A stretch of 64,000 bases of DNA, from contig OX597826.1 in NCBI GenBank assembly GCA_951406725.2, forward strand, positions 55,118,001-55,182,000, in the 5' to 3' direction. The position numbers were made by a program, and so were the translations under genes. The notes under the pieces were generated by a model. It made no database searches. It was not told the origin of the DNA and worked only from the letters and a program-made list of their open reading frames with translations. Source of the DNA: Octopus vulgaris. Taxonomy: Eukaryota. The stretch's first letter is position 1, and every line of letters begins with the position of its first letter. Positions 1-15,220 of this stretch are shown here, in pieces.

Positions 1-1745
1 AACTTAGAATAAAGTAAATCCTCACCATAAACAAAACTTCATCAAGAATGTAAACCCTTTAGATAGAACATTTTCTAATATAAGCTGCTTATTGAGCAAA
101 TGTATTTTAAGCAGCTGCATAACGAAAAAAAAACATCACATTCACCAAAAACAGGTTTAAGAGCAGGAATACTTACCACACTCACTCATTCAGATTGAAG
201 ATCGAGAAATATATGAAAATCAACAACACTGTTTTGCTATGTCTAGAGTCCGAAAAAGAAAATGCTTAAATCCAATAACATTTCCTGGTCAGATCCTTAC
301 ATTGCAGTTCCCTACGTAAACGTGTCTAAAATGCTTGTTGTAACTGGTTACCTCTCACAGAATACACATGCTCCACATGAGATGCAGAATTATAAATTAG
401 GTTGTATATATAAGTACAGTCAATAAAAGATGCATATTTAAGGTAAATCCATATTCAAATAGAACTACATCTTACATGCCAAAATTTACTATATGATAAT
501 GAACGCAAATATATTTTCCTAATATAAATTTAAGTGTGGCTCAACCACATACCCCAAATGTCCATCATGTTCTTTGATATGTTCGGTTTAACGCAGTATT
601 CTGTTCGATTTTTTTTACTCTCTTTTGTTAATAAAAAAAATCTAAAATCATAAAGGCCACCATATCAATAGATATACAAATAGCATACAGTCGTTGCATT
701 TGTCTGTCATATCCATTGCTGTGCGTCTTCAAGATACGAATTGTATTACTCTGTTACGTCGACACAGCCAATAATGTGCAAGCTGAAGTTTTGCAGAGGC
801 TTCACTAATAAGGCGCATATTTTGATCCTTGTGGACTTCTAAGCTCTCGCATTGTTTTTAATCTATCTCTTTAACAATATGTTTTAGCATGCCTTCAACA
901 CCAATACCTATTGATGCTATTTTTATTCCCGTGCCCTACTAATGCTCGCTAATTTCCGTTTTAAAGTTCCGTGTAGCTTCATAATTTTTCCATGTGATAT
1001 TTCGCTCAGAAAGGGATCGAAATTTTAGTCATTGTACACAGAGTTTCGTTTAACTACCTTCACAATTTACATCGATTTTCTCAGCCTAGTATGGCATGTC
1101 TCATATGATAGTGACTAAGCCGTTGGCATATACAAACTTTGGCACAGGCTTGTACTGCCTCTCTTTGCATATTCTCGTACATGTAAACTATGTTTTGTGA
1201 GCTCTCTGTTTTGTTACTGACTACATATCTTAATAAACGTTCAAATGGATTTATCCATAAACGTACATATAACATAGAGTAATTATATTACTTCAATAAC
1301 CGTATACGTGTCCAGATGCATATATATATATATAGGCTTTATAAATGTTTTCACTGAATTTATTGAGTACTTTGATTTACATTGCACTTGGCAGTTGGCT
1401 CCGACTTTTAAACGAGATCATGCAGATAACTTTATGTGTGTATGTCAGTGTGTGTGTGTGTGTGTGTGTGGTGTGTGTGTGTGGTGTGTGTGTGTGTGTG
1501 CGTACCTGTCTATGTGTACATATATATGTACGCATGTATGTAAGTATATGTATATATACTTATAGTTATGTATGTATATGCGCATATATATGAGGTTTGT
1601 AAATATGTTTTATATATATGTATATATATATATATACATATACATATATAAATTTTTATATATGTGTATATATATACACACATATATATATACATGTCCA
1701 TATATATATACATATATATATATGCCTATATATGTATATACATAG

Positions 1746-1785
<40 letters not shown>

Positions 1786-2275
1786 GTATATATATATATA
1801 TATATATCCATACTTATAAACAAGCATGTAATGAGAGTCGCTTACACGAAATGTGTGCTTACTTTGTGGCCATTTTGCCATTCTTATTATTAGTTTTATT
1901 CGTCTTCTGTAATTATGAATGGGACAAATGCATGAGTTACCTGTAAATCCCTATAAAGGAGCTATGAAGAATCTCATATCACGCCTGAATTTCTTCTTCA
2001 TAAGTTCTTTAATACTCCCAATAATACAATATAATAGGTAGTGAATCATAAAGTAGAGTTTTCTTTCCCTTTTACCAATATAATGCTAGATTAGAAAGAG
2101 ATAGCTATCACATATATTGCTTCCAGAACGGGATAGTATTCAGTATAAAGAGACACAAATGGCAGAGCATTAAAGATTATCTTATGGAAGAGAAAAATCT
2201 ATAATTATTAGACTTAATATAAGTATATATCATTTACATATCTTAATACATACACAAATACATACATACATATCC

Positions 2276-2319
<44 letters not shown>

Positions 2320-2321
2320 CC

Positions 2322-2358
<37 letters not shown>

Positions 2359-2889
2359 CACACATATACATGGGGATACACACACACATGCATGTCATTT
2401 ACATATTTTTCCTAATTTGTAGTGGTATGTTTTTTGTTTTTTTAAATATTAAAAGATGAAAAAAAAAAGAATCACAACACTTTCATGCATAAAAGACATA
2501 ACCGCATATGAGTCAACATCAGAGGCTGTATACGGTGTCTTGATCTATTATAAACAGCAACCAAATATCCGCCTAATCATGCCCTGCTGCTTTGAAATAT
2601 TAGTAACACATTTGATAATGCTATCCTAGGTATATTGTGTGCACAAAAATATGGGATAATCGTCGAGGAAGCGTGCTTGACCGTACATGCGCACGGTTAG
2701 GGCGGACTCGGAGATAAACTACAACAGCAAAAGTATTGAATTTGAAGGGTTTGGGTTCACCACATGGTTGAATTCTTGTTGTTGATTGGAGGCTTGTGAA
2801 CCTCAGTAAACATAAGGATTATGTCCTCGAATCGCATGCTTCTATAGTCGTTCTTTTTTAGGTGGACAGATCTGGGGATAAATGACAGA

Positions 2890-3560
2890 TTACTATAGAC
2901 CACTATTTCCAGAGGGAAAAAGTAGCTGTATACAGGTACGATACTCCTTCCAAGAAAAAAGTAAATTTCAAGAAGTATCGATGACAATTCAGAATCAACG
3001 AAACCTGAGAGAAGAATGTTTTTTTTTTATAGGGAAATAGAAAAGAGAGTACAGATAGAAAAGCAAAAAAGACCGACTAGAATCGAGAAACATTGAAGAA
3101 AATTCATCGATGACCGATGTCCCCAAGAGTGACGGGAATAAGGAAGCAAGTAATGGTTCTGGGTACGCTAAGAAGATAAAACGTTTGAGAGAAAAATGCG
3201 ATTGTCACGACAGGAATTTCTATGACCATACGGTGTCTGATGTGGACTGACCTACAATAAAGAATAAAGGCCAGATTAATATAGACATTTCCAGAGAGGG
3301 AAAACAGGTGTATGTAGGGCCAATGCGAAGAAGAAAAGCAAATTTAAAGAGGCACCTATAACAGTTCAGAACCAACGAAATCTGAGAGAAAAATGCCTTT
3401 CTACAAGGAAACAGAAAAACAGGGATCCAACTGGAGGGAGACAGAAAAGAATGACAATAGCAACAGGAATATCGAATCTCCAAAGATTCCAAGTAGACTC
3501 AGAAGATATAGTATCTAAAAATAATCTGAGACAATTCATAATTGAAATACTTTGGATTAT
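2890..3560 (+). mobile_element. Possible highly decayed 5' region of an RLE-type non-LTR retrotransposon
   Basis: Purine-rich, coding-like, non-microsatellite block with short peptide remnants (GYAKKIKRL, QRNLRE) reminiscent of R4/Dong-type N-termini. No diagnostic domain seen. Confidence 0.2.
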
Positions 3561-3726
3561 TGGATTTGGACTGAGTTGTATCTAAACAGTTGCAACAAGA
3601 ATATCGACTCTCAAAGAAATATGGTTGATCTCAGATGCAACACATCATACCGTTAAACTGACCGGCGAAACACTAAAACGCTCTACTCTAGACGACAATA
3701 AGTAATCGGCAGAACTTACATATATA

Positions 3727-4983
3727 TCAGGTCATCCCATAAGTTCTGTTCGATTTTACCTTTTTTAAAAGTGAATGAAATTTAATAGCATTTTAGAATG
3801 TCTAATGGAATTAAAAATTATTTTTAAGCATTTGTGTACATTTAAACTAATTAAATATTATTTTACAGAACAACTGAATTAAAATTTCTTTGATGAAAAC
3901 CCCTTCTAACATGGAAGTATCCAAAGAGCATTTAAGGCACATAATGCTTTATGAGTACCAAAAAAGGAAACTCTGCAGCCGAAGCGACTCGAAACATACA
4001 TCCCGTTTATGGGAAAGAATGCTTGAATGAAACAACTTGCAGAAGATGGTTTGCAAAATTCAAAAGTGGAGATTTCAGCCTTGAAGATGAAGATCGAACA
4101 GGACGTCCAGTTGAGTTTGGTGATAAACTTCTTGAGGCATTACTTGAAGAAAATCCTGCATTATCAGTTGAACCATACAACTTTTCATCGTCATCTTCAA
4201 AAACTTGGAAAGGTTCCTCAACTTGGAAAATGTGTGCCTCATGAATTGTCCGAAATCAACCGCAAATCCGGAGTTGACGTCTGCTCTTCTCTCCCTTCTC
4301 GCGAGCTCATTTCACCCTTTTTGGATAGACGTGTGACTGGCGACGAAAAATGGATCTTCTTTCGAAACGTTAAACGTCGTAAAGAGTAGCTTGGTAAAAG
4401 GGTAAAAGCTCAACCACAATAGAGAAGGGAACTTCATGAAAAAAAGTTTCTTCTCTCTATCTGGTGGGATTTCAAAGGAGTAATTCACTTTGAATTGTTA
4501 CTACCTAATGCAACGATCAATGCTCAACTCTACTGTCAGCAATTAGAGCGTTTGGACCAAGCTTTGAAGAAAAAAAGACCCGCTTTAGTGAATCGAAAAG
4601 GAGTGATGTTTCATCAGGACAATGCGCGACCCCACATTGCAATGATCACATAAAAGAAGATCGAAGAGCTTGGCTGGGGAAAAAATTCCTCATCCACCTT
4701 ATTCTCCCGACCTTGCTCCTTCAGACTATCATTTGTTTCGTAGCTTACAGAATCATTTTGGGGAAGAAAACTTTCGCAAGCCAGGAGAAGGTCGAAACTG
4801 ACAGTTCAGAGTTCTTCGCCTTGAAACCAAAAGAGTTTTACATTGATGGGATTAAAAAATAGATGGAAGGAAGTCATAGATAATCAGGGTAAGTACATTG
4901 ATGATTAAATTCCAATTAAATATAACATTTGATCACTTGTTTTCTTTATTCAAAATTCGGACAGAACTTATGGGATGACCTGA
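3727..4983 (+). mobile_element. Full-length mariner (Tc1/mariner, DD34D) DNA transposon, inactive
   Basis: TIRs tcaggtcatcccataagttctgttcgatttt (3727-) and aaaattcggacagaacttatgggatgacctga (-4983), about 2 differences. TA duplication at 3725-26 and 4984-85. Length 1257 bp. Confidence 0.96.
3911..4908 (+). pseudogene. Mariner transposase pseudogene
   Basis: MEVSKEHLRHIMLYEY..KGNSAAEATRNI..RRWFAKFKSGDFSLED (HTH), CVPHEL (WVPHEL), VTGDEKW, FHQDNARPH, HPPYSPDLAPSDYHLF. Several frameshifts and stops. Confidence 0.95.
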
Positions 4984-5299
4984 TAATTGTTTTGATATCA
5001 TATCTTTACAGAATTACACCATATTCGTCTGAATGAAGAATTTAGAAGTTAAGGTTGCATCATAAATTAATAGGAAATTTTGACGGAAAAGAAAAACTGA
5101 TTTTTTATTGAAGACGGGTATTTAAGGAAGACGGGTACTATAGCATCTTTGCATATGAAGTAATTTTTTTCTACATATAACTCATTACCAGGAATTGGGT
5201 TCATATCTGTTAGGAGCATGGGAGAGAAGGGGTACTAATTGGTAGTGAGTTTCTAAAATCATTACCACATCAGACAAATTAACTAGTCGACAATCGGAA

Positions 5300-5521
5300 A
5301 TAGAATGACGGTAGAATCGGTAGAGATTCAAGGCGGGTAAAAAAAAATTCGCGGTATTTCGTGTCTTTTCGTTCTGAGTTCAAATTCCGCCGAGGTCGAC
5401 TTTATCTTTCATCCTTTCTTTCGGAGTCAATGAATAAGTACCAGTTGCCTATTGGGGTCGATCTAATCGACTGGTCCTCGCCCCCCAAAATTTCGGGCCT
5501 TGTGCCTAGAGAAGAAAAGAA
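5300..5521 (+). mobile_element. SINE family M copy (tRNA-like head, central gtcgac..tttcatcctttc motif)
   Basis: cgttctgagttcaaattccgccgaggtcgacttt..tttcatcctttc..aagtaccagttg..ggggtcgatctaatcgact, shared with many copies in the window. Confidence 0.8.
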
Positions 5522-6052
5522 TCAGCAGAGCGTCTAACAAAATATATTGCGGCGTTAAATTATGCCTTTTTTAATTTTCTAATTTCAAATAATATCTTTG
5601 TTGACCTATCTCTTTATTTTCAAAGATCGATAATATAATCATTATTTCATAGCTGTATTGGTTAAATAGACTAACCCATTCAAAATATGCTGTCTTGTGG
5701 CTGATGTAGGAATCACTCAACTGTGTGATATCAACAGGGCGTCCATATCCTTCACTCTTTTCCAACATAAGCCCGATGATAGGGAGGAGGGGAAAGTGAT
5801 AGACTTCGCGCAAAGTTTTAGTATGTCGACACGGTGAGATGCCGATGTACGACATCTGAGTGAATAATATATCCATTTCATTTGTGACACGAAAAATAGA
5901 AGAGTACACATGGCACACTGGTACTGAATGTGTGTAAATTCTATCTTTGTTTTACATACATTCATACGTATATACAAACGAAATTATACATATATGTATA
6001 TATATATATATATACATATACACACACGTACATGCAAACAACACACGTCTGA

Positions 6053-6117
<65 letters not shown>

Positions 6118-6244
6118 CTTATATATATATATATATATATACACATACATACACATATATAAACGAATATATGCTTAAATATATTCATATATGTGTATAG
6201 AAAAGTATGTATATATACGTACACACACATGTATATATATATAT

Positions 6245-6307
<63 letters not shown>

Positions 6308-6349
6308 ATATATATATATATATAATATAAATATTATATATGATATATA

Positions 6350-6396
<47 letters not shown>

Positions 6397-6971
6397 AATA
6401 TATACGTTTTGGGTTTGTCCGTTTGTACTACTGGAACAAATTTGTCAGAGATTGAATACAATATTAACATGAGCAGCGCCTGCGCGCGTACACACACACA
6501 CCACACACACACACACTCACACATACATACATACAACACACTCACATACATACAAATACACAAAAAGGCACGCACTCACATACACACACACACAAACACA
6601 CGAAACCACATACACAGAAAAAGTGATACTATTCTCATGTATTCATCTATTTCAGACATATGTTATATTTCTTGCATTGTTCTGGGGAAACATTCTGGCA
6701 ATCTATTTTGTATTCCAACAGACCAGGCTAACAGAGGCGTGGAAGATATTAATAACACGAAAATGTCCATTGTGTTGTAAGTAAAACCGGTGAGATACTA
6801 CATATCGTGTTGTTTGCGGGATTTTATACTGCAGAGATATATAACTAGCACCGCCATATATGTGTATGCATGTGTATGCATTTCTGCGTGTATGTGAATA
6901 AGTATGTTCAGAGATATTTATGCATATATATGCATCTCTCTTTTTCTTTCTCTCTAAATATATATGTGTGC

Positions 6972-7037
<66 letters not shown>

Positions 7038-7289
7038 TTTTATATATATATATATATATATCTGTATTTATATATGCATATATAAATGCGTATATTAATA
7101 TACGTACCATTTATTGTACATTTGTTCTTTAGCACTTCATACATACACATATATCTACATACATACATCTAAATATGCTTACATACATACATATATATAT
7201 ATGTGCGTATGTGTGTATATATATACATATACATATACATATATATATATATACACAGAATTAATATATATATATGTATATGTATGTAT

Positions 7290-7325
<36 letters not shown>

Positions 7326-7536
7326 TTCGTGTGGGTGGGTGTGTACGTATATATAAATGCATGTGCAGGTTCGTGTGCTTACTATACATGTATGGAAATG
7401 TGTACGTATCTGCGTGTGTGTGTCCACACATATCTACATAAATATATAAATATATAGATGCAAGTACATATACATATGCTAATGTACGTAGATACACATG
7501 TGGGCGTATGTGTTAGTATGCACATATATAGAAAAT

Positions 7537-7573
<37 letters not shown>

Positions 7574-7811
7574 ACATATATAATATTTTTGGTGTTCTGT
7601 TGGCTAATATGCATAGAAAAGTTTGTCTATACGTACAGCATTGTTAAAGTATTCAAACGCAGAAAGGGCCGTTATAAAGGAATAAGAACTTATTCACACT
7701 TGCTGATTTCATCAGTTATTCCTGTGTTCTTTACAAATAATCTTTTATGTGCATCCTTACGCGTTTGTTTATGCGTCTATTGTGTGTCTGCGTCTGTCTT
7801 TACGCCTGTTT

Positions 7812-7889
<78 letters not shown>

Positions 7890-8409
7890 TAGTGTGTGTG
7901 TGTGTGTGTGTGTGTGTACATATATGTGTGTGTTTGCATATGTGGTTGTGTATTAAAGAAACGAATTATCTATAAAGCAGTTTTAAAGATTAAAGTTTAT
8001 ATATGGCGATCATTATACACATCTAATATCTGGTGAGATTTTTGGAAATAGAATTACCTGTAGCTAATTTCCTGTTTAATACCGTATGGTTCACAAAGTA
8101 TCAAATGCTGTTGTATTCAGGTATATTAACTGCATTGCTGTAGTATGTTTGTGAATTATGTCGTAGACATGGCATCTTGTTTTAAATTATTAACAACTCT
8201 AATCTAATGTTGGATTAAATAACAGCTCCAATATTGGATGACTAAGGGAAGCACAAGGCTTGGAAGCTGTACTCTTAGAAATATTGGTTTTGAAATGAAA
8301 GACCTGTGGTTATAATTATCCGAATAGCGTTGATTTTCGACCTGCGTCAACGGAGCTGGCGTGGGGCTAAACAACAAGAACACAACGGCAACAAGCAATC
8401 CTAAACTTT

Positions 8410-8770
8410 TTTGAGTGGGGACTAGTCTATTACGTCGACCCCAGTATTCAACTGGTACTTATTTTATCGTCTCCGTAAAAAGTAAAAGACAACGTCGACC
8501 TCATCGGAATTAGAACTCAGAACGTAAAGACGGAGATGAGGCTGAGCATTTTGCCAGCTTGCCGCCTTAACAACGACTAGTAATCCTTCTCACAATGGGT
8601 ACATGGAAGCGGCTTGTCGTTTATATTGACCCAGCTTTTAATTATCGATACGAAAAGGATGAAAGGTAATGTCTAGCTCGGCGAAAATTTGAACTCAGAA
8701 TGTATCGACAACTGAAATGACTGAGTATTTTTGTTCGGTGTGCTATTGATCATGTCATCTCAGCGCCTAA
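8410..8770 (-). mobile_element. Two decayed SINE family M copies
   Basis: Reverse-complement matches to the family (gtcgaccccagt..actggtactt, gaactcagaacgtaaagacgg, aaggatgaaagg). Confidence 0.65.
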
Positions 8771-9893
8771 GCAACGACTAATGATGAACGCTCAAATACA
8801 AAACTAATTTGATGCGTTGACAGAGTTTTACATCGCTAGATAGAAAAAAAAATCCTCACATCAGTTGTTCCGATCCGTCGATTCGGAATCGAGCTGACAT
8901 AGTCATTACTGAGCCGGACAAAATGTCGAGTCGCATTTCTTCCAGTTGTTTAGGTTTTGAGTTCAAGCGTTGCTGTGATTGACTGTACCGTTCGACAAGT
9001 CTAGTTCGGTAAAATAAGTACCAGCTGAGCATGTGATTCGATGTAATCAACTAAGCTTTCAGGCCTTGTGACTATAATAGAAAGTAAAGAGTTATAATAG
9101 AGAGTAAAGAGTTAGTCAAATCTCAATCCTAAATTATGGTCGATCCGATGGGCTGTGATGCTTCGAAGTGGGATCAAACACGGAATCTCGTGATCGCAAA
9201 GAGCGCTTCTGCTGTACTGTATTGCAAGTAAAAGAGAAATATTTATTATACTGAGCAGTAAAAAAAAAAAAAATGAGTCGTAACTCGAAAATGACGTGAC
9301 AGTATACGTTTCTTAGTCCTAGTTTAAACCTGATCCATAAAAACTATGATCCAATACAAATCACATCAATACCATCCAATAACTCTACTGATATCTAAGT
9401 ATTACATGTTCAATTGCGTCCTTCCATCTTTAAAACTCTTGTATGGGTTTTGAGGGATATTTTTCTGCTAATTTAAGCAGGTCGTATGACTACGGCTTGG
9501 CTCCCTCATACGCTGTGTAGTAATATTACGTGGTTAGTCCGGTCGACCGCGATTTGACACGGTGGAGTGGACTCTGTCAAGGCGTCGGGTGTTAAGACAA
9601 CTGAAAGTCATACTCATAGACAGGCGGGACAACTCACTTCAGATCCCATTCACAATCGATGGATATCAAAGTTTCATCAGTTTTATGGTTTATCAACATC
9701 ATGAACCAGAACCGAATCAGAGGCAAATCGTATAGCCTGTCCATGACTATAGATAAAATGGTGTTAAAGCGATGTGCTGGTATGCGTAGACGATACAGAA
9801 GTAGGAATACATTTACATATGAATTAGAACAGCGCAAGTGTTGTAAACACATGCACCCGCACATACACACGCATGCACACACACATACACACA

Positions 9894-9999
<106 letters not shown>

Positions 10000-10019
10000 T
10001 AATAGTAAAAAGTGAAAAA

Positions 10020-10978
10020 ACTACAGAAGGCTTGTTTTGAAAGGTTAGAAAATATATATTTGAGTCATTATGTCAGAAGAATGTTATAAATTTTTTCATA
10101 CAATGACATAATTTTTGAAGAAATGACCGGTTTCGCGTTCAGCTTTTCAAATTTCTTACTCCAGATAAGGGGAGGTAATAAGTGATTTCTTCCGGTGTAA
10201 GGGAGATAATCGCTTAATATTTCTTGCCTTTTTGGGGGGTTGAGTTTCTCTGTATAAGAATGTTGGAATGGTTAAGTTTGGGCTTGTATTTTTCAATGAA
10301 GAATGTTTCCTTGTTTAGTCTAATTTGTGTTGGTGTTCCGATAGCACATTGGTAAATGGAAAGATTAAAAATTGCGGTAGTAGTTGCTTTGCGCATTTCT
10401 CAATGTACTCACTAAAGGATATCATTCTGTATTCTGGGAATGCAATCTGTTGTCGATGCAGTGTGCATCTACGCCTGAGTGATAGTCCAGTGGACCCCAC
10501 GTAGTTTTGGTGGCAGCCCGAGCATCGTATGACATAAATTATGTTTTCAGAGGCACAAGTAAAATTGGATCTGATCTTGAATTTCTGTCCCTCTTTGAAG
10601 AGGAATTCTGATCCTTCTAGCAGGTTTGGACATGTTGCACAGTTCGGTCAAACACATTTTTTTACTTTTGCATCCGTAATTTCAGAAAACAATTTTGCCT
10701 TTGTGAGAATCTTTTTATGTGATTTAGGTTGTTTGTAGCTTTTAATGATTTGGTGTATGTTTAGAATTTCCTTTAATTTGGAGTCCTTATGAAGTATTGG
10801 TAAATTCTGGGTGATGATGGTGAAGGCTTCTTTGTTTCTGGGGTTGTATGTGGATATGTAAGGTAGTATTTTCGGGGAAGGTGTGTTGTTGTGTTGAACT
10901 TTTCTCAAAGTTTCTATGTTGATTTCTGTTGCACGTCTGATCCCATCCTCTATGAGTTGAGCTGGGTAATGTCTGTCA
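10020..10978 (-). mobile_element. 5'-truncated Penelope-like element (end of RT region, GIY-YIG endonuclease, 3' pLTR remnant)
   Basis: Minus translation YPAQLIEDGI..LPYISTYNP..KKC..CATC..FTCASENIIYVIRCSGCHQNYVGSTGLSLRRRCTLHRQQI..RLNKETFFIEKYKPKLN, the Penelope-type Cys linker plus GIY-YIG. Contains a stop and a frameshift; flanked by (TA)n. Confidence 0.9.
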
Positions 10979-11571
10979 TATATATATATATGTATATATG
11001 TGATGGGCTTCCGCACAGTACCCGGGGATCAACATCATCCAGAGAAAGCAATAACGAGCCTGTGGTTACAGTAAAAGACACTTAATTTGAATTATTTGCT
11101 CATGTTTAAACAAATCTCCTGAATATATGATATTTCAATATTAGGAAAAATGACCAATAACACATTATCGTTTATGATTTAATTAGAAATGAAATGCAAA
11201 AATGCATCACTATTGGTGGTAGACATTGTTACAGAAGGTGGAAAAAAAGTGGGCGAAAGATACAAGTGTCAGGGATTATTCTCAAACCATAGTGTGTTTA
11301 TTTTTATTATGGAAGAGTTTACTATGCAGAATAGTAAAAATCTTCAATATTTTCCTAAAGTTTAGCATGGAGCTCATAACTCATTTTAGTGTTTATATTC
11401 TTTTAATAGAGTTTGGTCACTTCGTTAAAAACTAATTGATAGATAGGAGAACTGGAAAATAAATAAGTTATACAAACTTGCATATATAGAGTCTTCAATA
11501 TATCCTCATACATACATATATGCATAGAAACATATATATTTTAAACGCACTTTCATACATGCATTCATACA

Positions 11572-11613
<42 letters not shown>

Positions 11614-11669
11614 TATACACATATCATAGTCATGTGATTCTGTAATCTTTTATTCTTCGTTACCAGAAA

Positions 11670-11705
<36 letters not shown>

Positions 11706-12282
11706 TTATATGTATATGTTGATATCTAGTAGCGAACATAAACTAACACTGTTATCAGCAACAGATTTCGCAAAATAAAAAATAATATGTAAATGAATAA
11801 ATGAAAACAATAATATTTTTTTTTTTTTTGCTTATCGCAGTTATTTCCATTATCAAACATCATCTTTACCGATTTTAACCAATATACTTAACGCAACGTA
11901 ATTCCGATCAACACATTTGTGCTAGATTTCCTTTAGACACTTTGACAACAATCTATAGTTACTACTAACTGTGCACCAAATCTTATAATACCATCTGCAA
12001 AAATCTATTGTAATGTAGTATAAAGTAAAAATACCATTTTGATTGTTTTGATAAAAAAAAATGGCTTCTGTAGCAATATTTCTTCATCTTTTTCTTCCTT
12101 CCGTTTATATCGTTTATATTTCGTTTATCATATGAATTACAATAAGTATTATGCAATGCGCAATAGAAGATATATCTATCTATCTATCTATATACATATA
12201 TATCCGTCTGTATGTGTGCGTGCGTGTGTGTGCGTGTGTGTGTAAATACAATGCGCTTCGCATTATCTGTCTTTCGCTCTAT

Positions 12283-12334
<52 letters not shown>

Positions 12335-13929
12335 TTATCTATCTATCTAATCTTTCTGCCTCCACCCCCTATCTCTCTCTGTCTCTGACTCTCTCTCCTT
12401 CCCTCCCTCTCTCTCTCTCTCATTATATATATATATCCATATATATGTATATGTATGTAAGTATTTGTGGGGGTGAATGTATGTATGTACGTATACATAT
12501 ATATGTATGTATTTGCATACTTGTACCCCAATGTAGATAGAATGATTGATAAATTTCGCCTGAAGATCGCAGTGCATTGAAACTCGTGTTACAATATATA
12601 TATTTGTGTTTAAATAAGACGTACCGTACAAAGTAATTGGCACAGAAACCTTCATTCGGTCGACAACATAAATATAAAACTGTCTATTTATTTATCTTTC
12701 TACAAGCATATATATATATATACATAAAGGAAAATATATATAGATACATACGTAGATACATACGTAGATACATACACACGTGCATGTATATATGTATGTA
12801 TGTATGTATGTATATTTGTATGTATGTATGTATGTATGTATGTATGTATGTATGTATGTGTGTATATATATATTTGTGTGCCTGTCTCTTTGTCAACGTA
12901 CAGTAAGCATATGTGAATATATATATTTATGTATGCGTATATATTTAACCTTTTGTACCAATGGTTTAACATAATTCATCCGAGAGCAGCAGAAGCAGCA
13001 ACAGAGGACCAGTGCGAATTCCAAATTATGACGCTACGAAAAATTCCTCGACTATTTGATGACTGGGAAATTTCTGAAACTAATTTCTGAAAACTCTCTC
13101 ACTTTGAAATAATGACATCTCGGCAACCACATAAAATCACACACACACGCACACACGCACGCGCACGCACACACACACACACACACAAACAAACAAACAC
13201 ATGAACACACACACACACACACGCACACACACACACGCACACGCACACGCATGCAGTCATACACTCACGCACGCACTACGCACGTACTTGATTTTATTTG
13301 CTTCCCTTCATTCAAGGACCATGCTCATTGAATTTTTTCAATCTCAAGACTTTCTCCATTTTAAGCAACAATTTTGAATGACCAAGCAGCCTACAAAAAA
13401 AAACAAAAAACAACTCCTGTGCAGTCATTCAAGTTGCTGCAAACAGCAGCTAAACTTGCTTTAAATTAAACATTATCAAAAACAAAAGCAAAAATGATGA
13501 ACACATTGGACAATGAATGCATTCTCAGAAAACAGAATAGTGAAATGCTTCCAGACAAGGAACGTCTTATACGGTTATATGATGAAGACCAATTTAGGGT
13601 AAAAACAATAGCAATAATGATACTGATATTACTTGGTTCAAGCTCAACGATATAGGAGGGTCTGCAAAGAAACCATGGTCAGATTCCTTTGCTGCAGAGC
13701 AATCTAATATAAAATGTTGTTCACGCGGTAATTCTTTTCGTTTCACTTATTTTCAAGTCAGAAAATTATTGCTTTCTCGGTGTTTGTTGTCAGTGTCATT
13801 GAATATTTTTGTCTGCAATAAAACAGTTATATCAACTATTAACATCTCTTTTTGGTCAATATTCTCTGAAAAATTAAATCTAGTCTTCCATCAGTAGTGA
13901 TTTTACGCAAGTATTATTCAAAATCCTAA

Positions 13930-14460
13930 TATAATTTTATTCTTTTATGCTCCACTGTTGTCTCTTTATTACATCTGGTTTTCTACAACACAGAATTATT
14001 TTCAAATCAATACATTTTGTTCAAGCTATTTCGGCCATCATCATTGCATCAATTTTAACATTTTTTTTTCTCCAGCCAGTATTTTAAAACCAGACAGCAA
14101 TTTATGGACTGTCTCGTCTCTCTTTTTCTTGCATACCCTGAAGAAGTTTGATATCACTCCAGTCAGCATCAATTTTCTTCTCCCATTTCTTCCTTACATT
14201 AATCGTGGAACAAGATTTACTGAAATATAACTTACAACTTAACCATCCATAGCATTTTCTCTTCCAATCTGTTAAATATCTCATTCTGCATCGTTTTGTC
14301 TCTTTAGAGTGCTTAAGCCTTATTTCTTCCGAGTTCTTCTGCACTTTTCTGTTTTAGATTCCATCAGATTACCTTCTTCGATATGTTTATTGTACTTTAT
14401 TCGTGTATTTGTATCTCTCTATCTTTGTTTGTGTTATAAGTCCAGAGACACTGTTATTTT
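13930..14460 (-). mobile_element. Decayed fragment of a probable RLE-type non-LTR retrotransposon
   Basis: Minus strand gives degenerate post-RT, zinc-knuckle and PD-like remnants (YLTDWKRK, VHKLLSG, KPDVI). Many disablements. Confidence 0.35.
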
Positions 14461-14689
14461 GAGTTGTTGAAGGAAACTGGGTTATCAGTTACTATGTATT
14501 CATAGTAAAATCGATTGGCAGAATTGCTTGAATACCAGTCAGATGCCTTGTGTTATTTGCTCTGGCTCTTTGCGTTCTGAGTTCATATCTCTCCGAGGTC
14601 AACTTTACCTATCTTCTTTCTGGGGTCGAACAAATAAAGTCCCAGCCATATAATAGTTTGAGCCTGATCACGCCATTTTTATTTCCGGC

Positions 14690-15220
14690 TTACAGCATAA
14701 GCATGACCACTCCACTAACAATGTACACCAAAGAAGAACAAAGGACAGTGATCGGATTTCTCTAGGAAAGGGCTGTACGATCATCAGTGCAAGACACAGT
14801 GCTTTGCTGGCCAATAAACTGAAGCCAGCAATTCACACCAAACGCCGGAGCCTATTACCGAAGAATGTTTTGTTGTTGTATGTCAATACACGGCCGTCCA
14901 GTCCGTTGAAACTATTAACCAATTGGATTTTAAGGTGCTGGAACATATCTCGCCCCTTCCGACAATCATATCTTTAGACCTCTCAAAGATGGTTTACGAA
15001 GTCGTCGATTATTTCCTACGGAGGAAGATGTGAAGGAAGCGGTGCATAAATGGTTGCATGACCAACCGAAAACTTTCTTCTTGAAGAGAATATGCTAGCT
15101 TGTGGAGCGCTGGACAAAGTGCATCGAAAACGAAGGAGACTATATAGAAAAATGACGTTCTGTTTATCTGTGTGAATATATTGAAAAGCAAGAGTGCGTA
15201 TAGTTTTTGACTCTCCTTCG
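14690..15220 (+). mobile_element. Internally deleted mariner relic (second subfamily)
   Basis: MTTPLTMYTKEEQRTVIGFL, KLKPAIHTKRRSLL, LAPSDNHIFRPLKDGLR, VKEAVHKWLHDQPKTFF..LVERWTKCIENEGDYIEK*. 3' TIR-like tttttgactctccttcg followed by TA. Confidence 0.88.

Noticed and set aside
12555-12595. HHR-like CTGAAGA..GAAActcgtgtt
   Set aside because: Stems I and II do not pair and the cleavage triplet is poor.
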